This document shows positions 62,955-64,000 of a stretch of 64,000 nucleotides of DNA, one piece after another. The translations under genes and the position numbers were made by a program. The notes below the pieces were generated by a model. That model was not told where the DNA came from. It saw only the letters and a program-made list of their open reading frames with translations, and made no database searches. This DNA comes from Flectonema sp. DT1601. Its lineage: Eukaryota. The stretch is taken from assembly GCA_964019425.1 (NCBI GenBank), contig OZ025796.1, forward strand, positions 62,001 to 126,000, in the 5' to 3' direction. The stretch's first letter is position 1. Each line of letters starts with the position of its first letter.

Positions 62955-64000
62955 CTACGCAGATTTTAAATTACTCCATTGGATGTCGAGGTCTTGTCCT
63001 TCCATCTTTGCTTCCCACAGAGGAGATAGTTCTCTGAGAGTCTTAACCGCGTGGACCACAGATTTTGCTGTGAAATCAATTTCTTCACTTGTAGTAAACC
63101 TTCCAATTCCAAAACGTAGTGAGGTGTGTGCAGTTTCCTCCGCTACTCCCAAAGCTCTTAGAACGTACGATGGTTCGAGAGAAGCAGACGTGCAGGCGCT
63201 TCCACTGCTGACAGCGATTTTGTTAATTCCCATCAGCAGGGATTCACCCTCAACACAATCAAAAGAAATATTTAAATTACCCGGGTATCTTGCTGTTGAT
63301 GCTAAGTCTGGTCCATTCATAAAGATTTCTGGCAGCTCTGAATTTAACGTATTCCAAAGTTGGTTAGCTAAGCCATTGATGTGGTCGCTGTCATTCTTCA
63401 TCTCACGAAGTGCTACTGAAGCAGCCTCACCTAAACCAACACAAAGTGGGGCCGGGACAGTTCCGGAACGAATTCCCTTCTCCTGACCTCCTCCACTGAT
63501 TGGTGAAGTGATTCTTGCTCTTGGTCTCTGTTCGTTTTTAGTTTACATCTAGTCAAAAAAAGATAACTACAATAAGAAATAAACACATACTCTTCTCACG
63601 TACAGGGCACCGATACCCTTCGGTCCATACATTTTATGACCAGAAATGGAAAGCAAATCAATCTTCAGTTTCTCAACATCAATTGGAATCTTTCCAACAG
63701 CCTGAGCAGCATCACAGTGGAATAGGATTTTACGTGCTCTGCAGAGTCGGCCTATTTCTTCGAGAGGTTGAATAACTCCGATCTCGTTATTAACAGCCAT
63801 GATACTCACTAATGAAGTCTCTGGAGTCATCGCTTCTTCTAACATGTCTAAAGCAACTACTCCTTCCTTATTAACAGGTAGGTATGTGACTTTAAAACCT
63901 TCCATTTCAAGTTGACGACAGCTCTCAAGAACGCACTTGTGCTCTGTTTGTAATGTTATTATGTGCTTCTTGGTCTCTTTACGGAAGTTTGCAGCTCCTT
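62955..64000 (-). CDS. NFS1: Cysteine desulfurase NFS1/IscS, 5' end beyond the window. Intron 63528-63590
   Basis: [79 protein letters not shown]. Confidence 0.96.

Overview
Eukaryotic genomic DNA with short GT-AG introns and AT-rich intergenic DNA. Every credible gene lies on the minus strand; together with a pseudo-calpain this suggests a euglenozoan (possibly diplonemid) source, which is inference only. The window is dominated by two tandem paralogous giant genes (~5,980 and ~6,250 aa after my splice reconstruction). They encode RNF213/mysterin-like multi-AAA+ ATPases with a PDZ-like + tandem SPRY insert, a C-terminal PDZ-like domain and no recognisable RING. The paralogs form a mosaic of nearly identical and strongly diverged blocks, and the best-homogenised ATPase block is visibly GC-enriched. 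Between them lies transposon debris: a Penelope-like RT relic with hammerhead-like direct repeats, a nested piggyBac derivative, and dispersed repeats. Other genes: a vWA/polyQ protein, an inactive calpain-like protein, mitochondrial G3P dehydrogenase, TRM61, NFS1 (partial), a MULE transposon with TIRs and a 9-bp TSD, and an unusual H2A-H3-like double histone-fold gene. All family calls come from motif recognition by eye; no searches were run.
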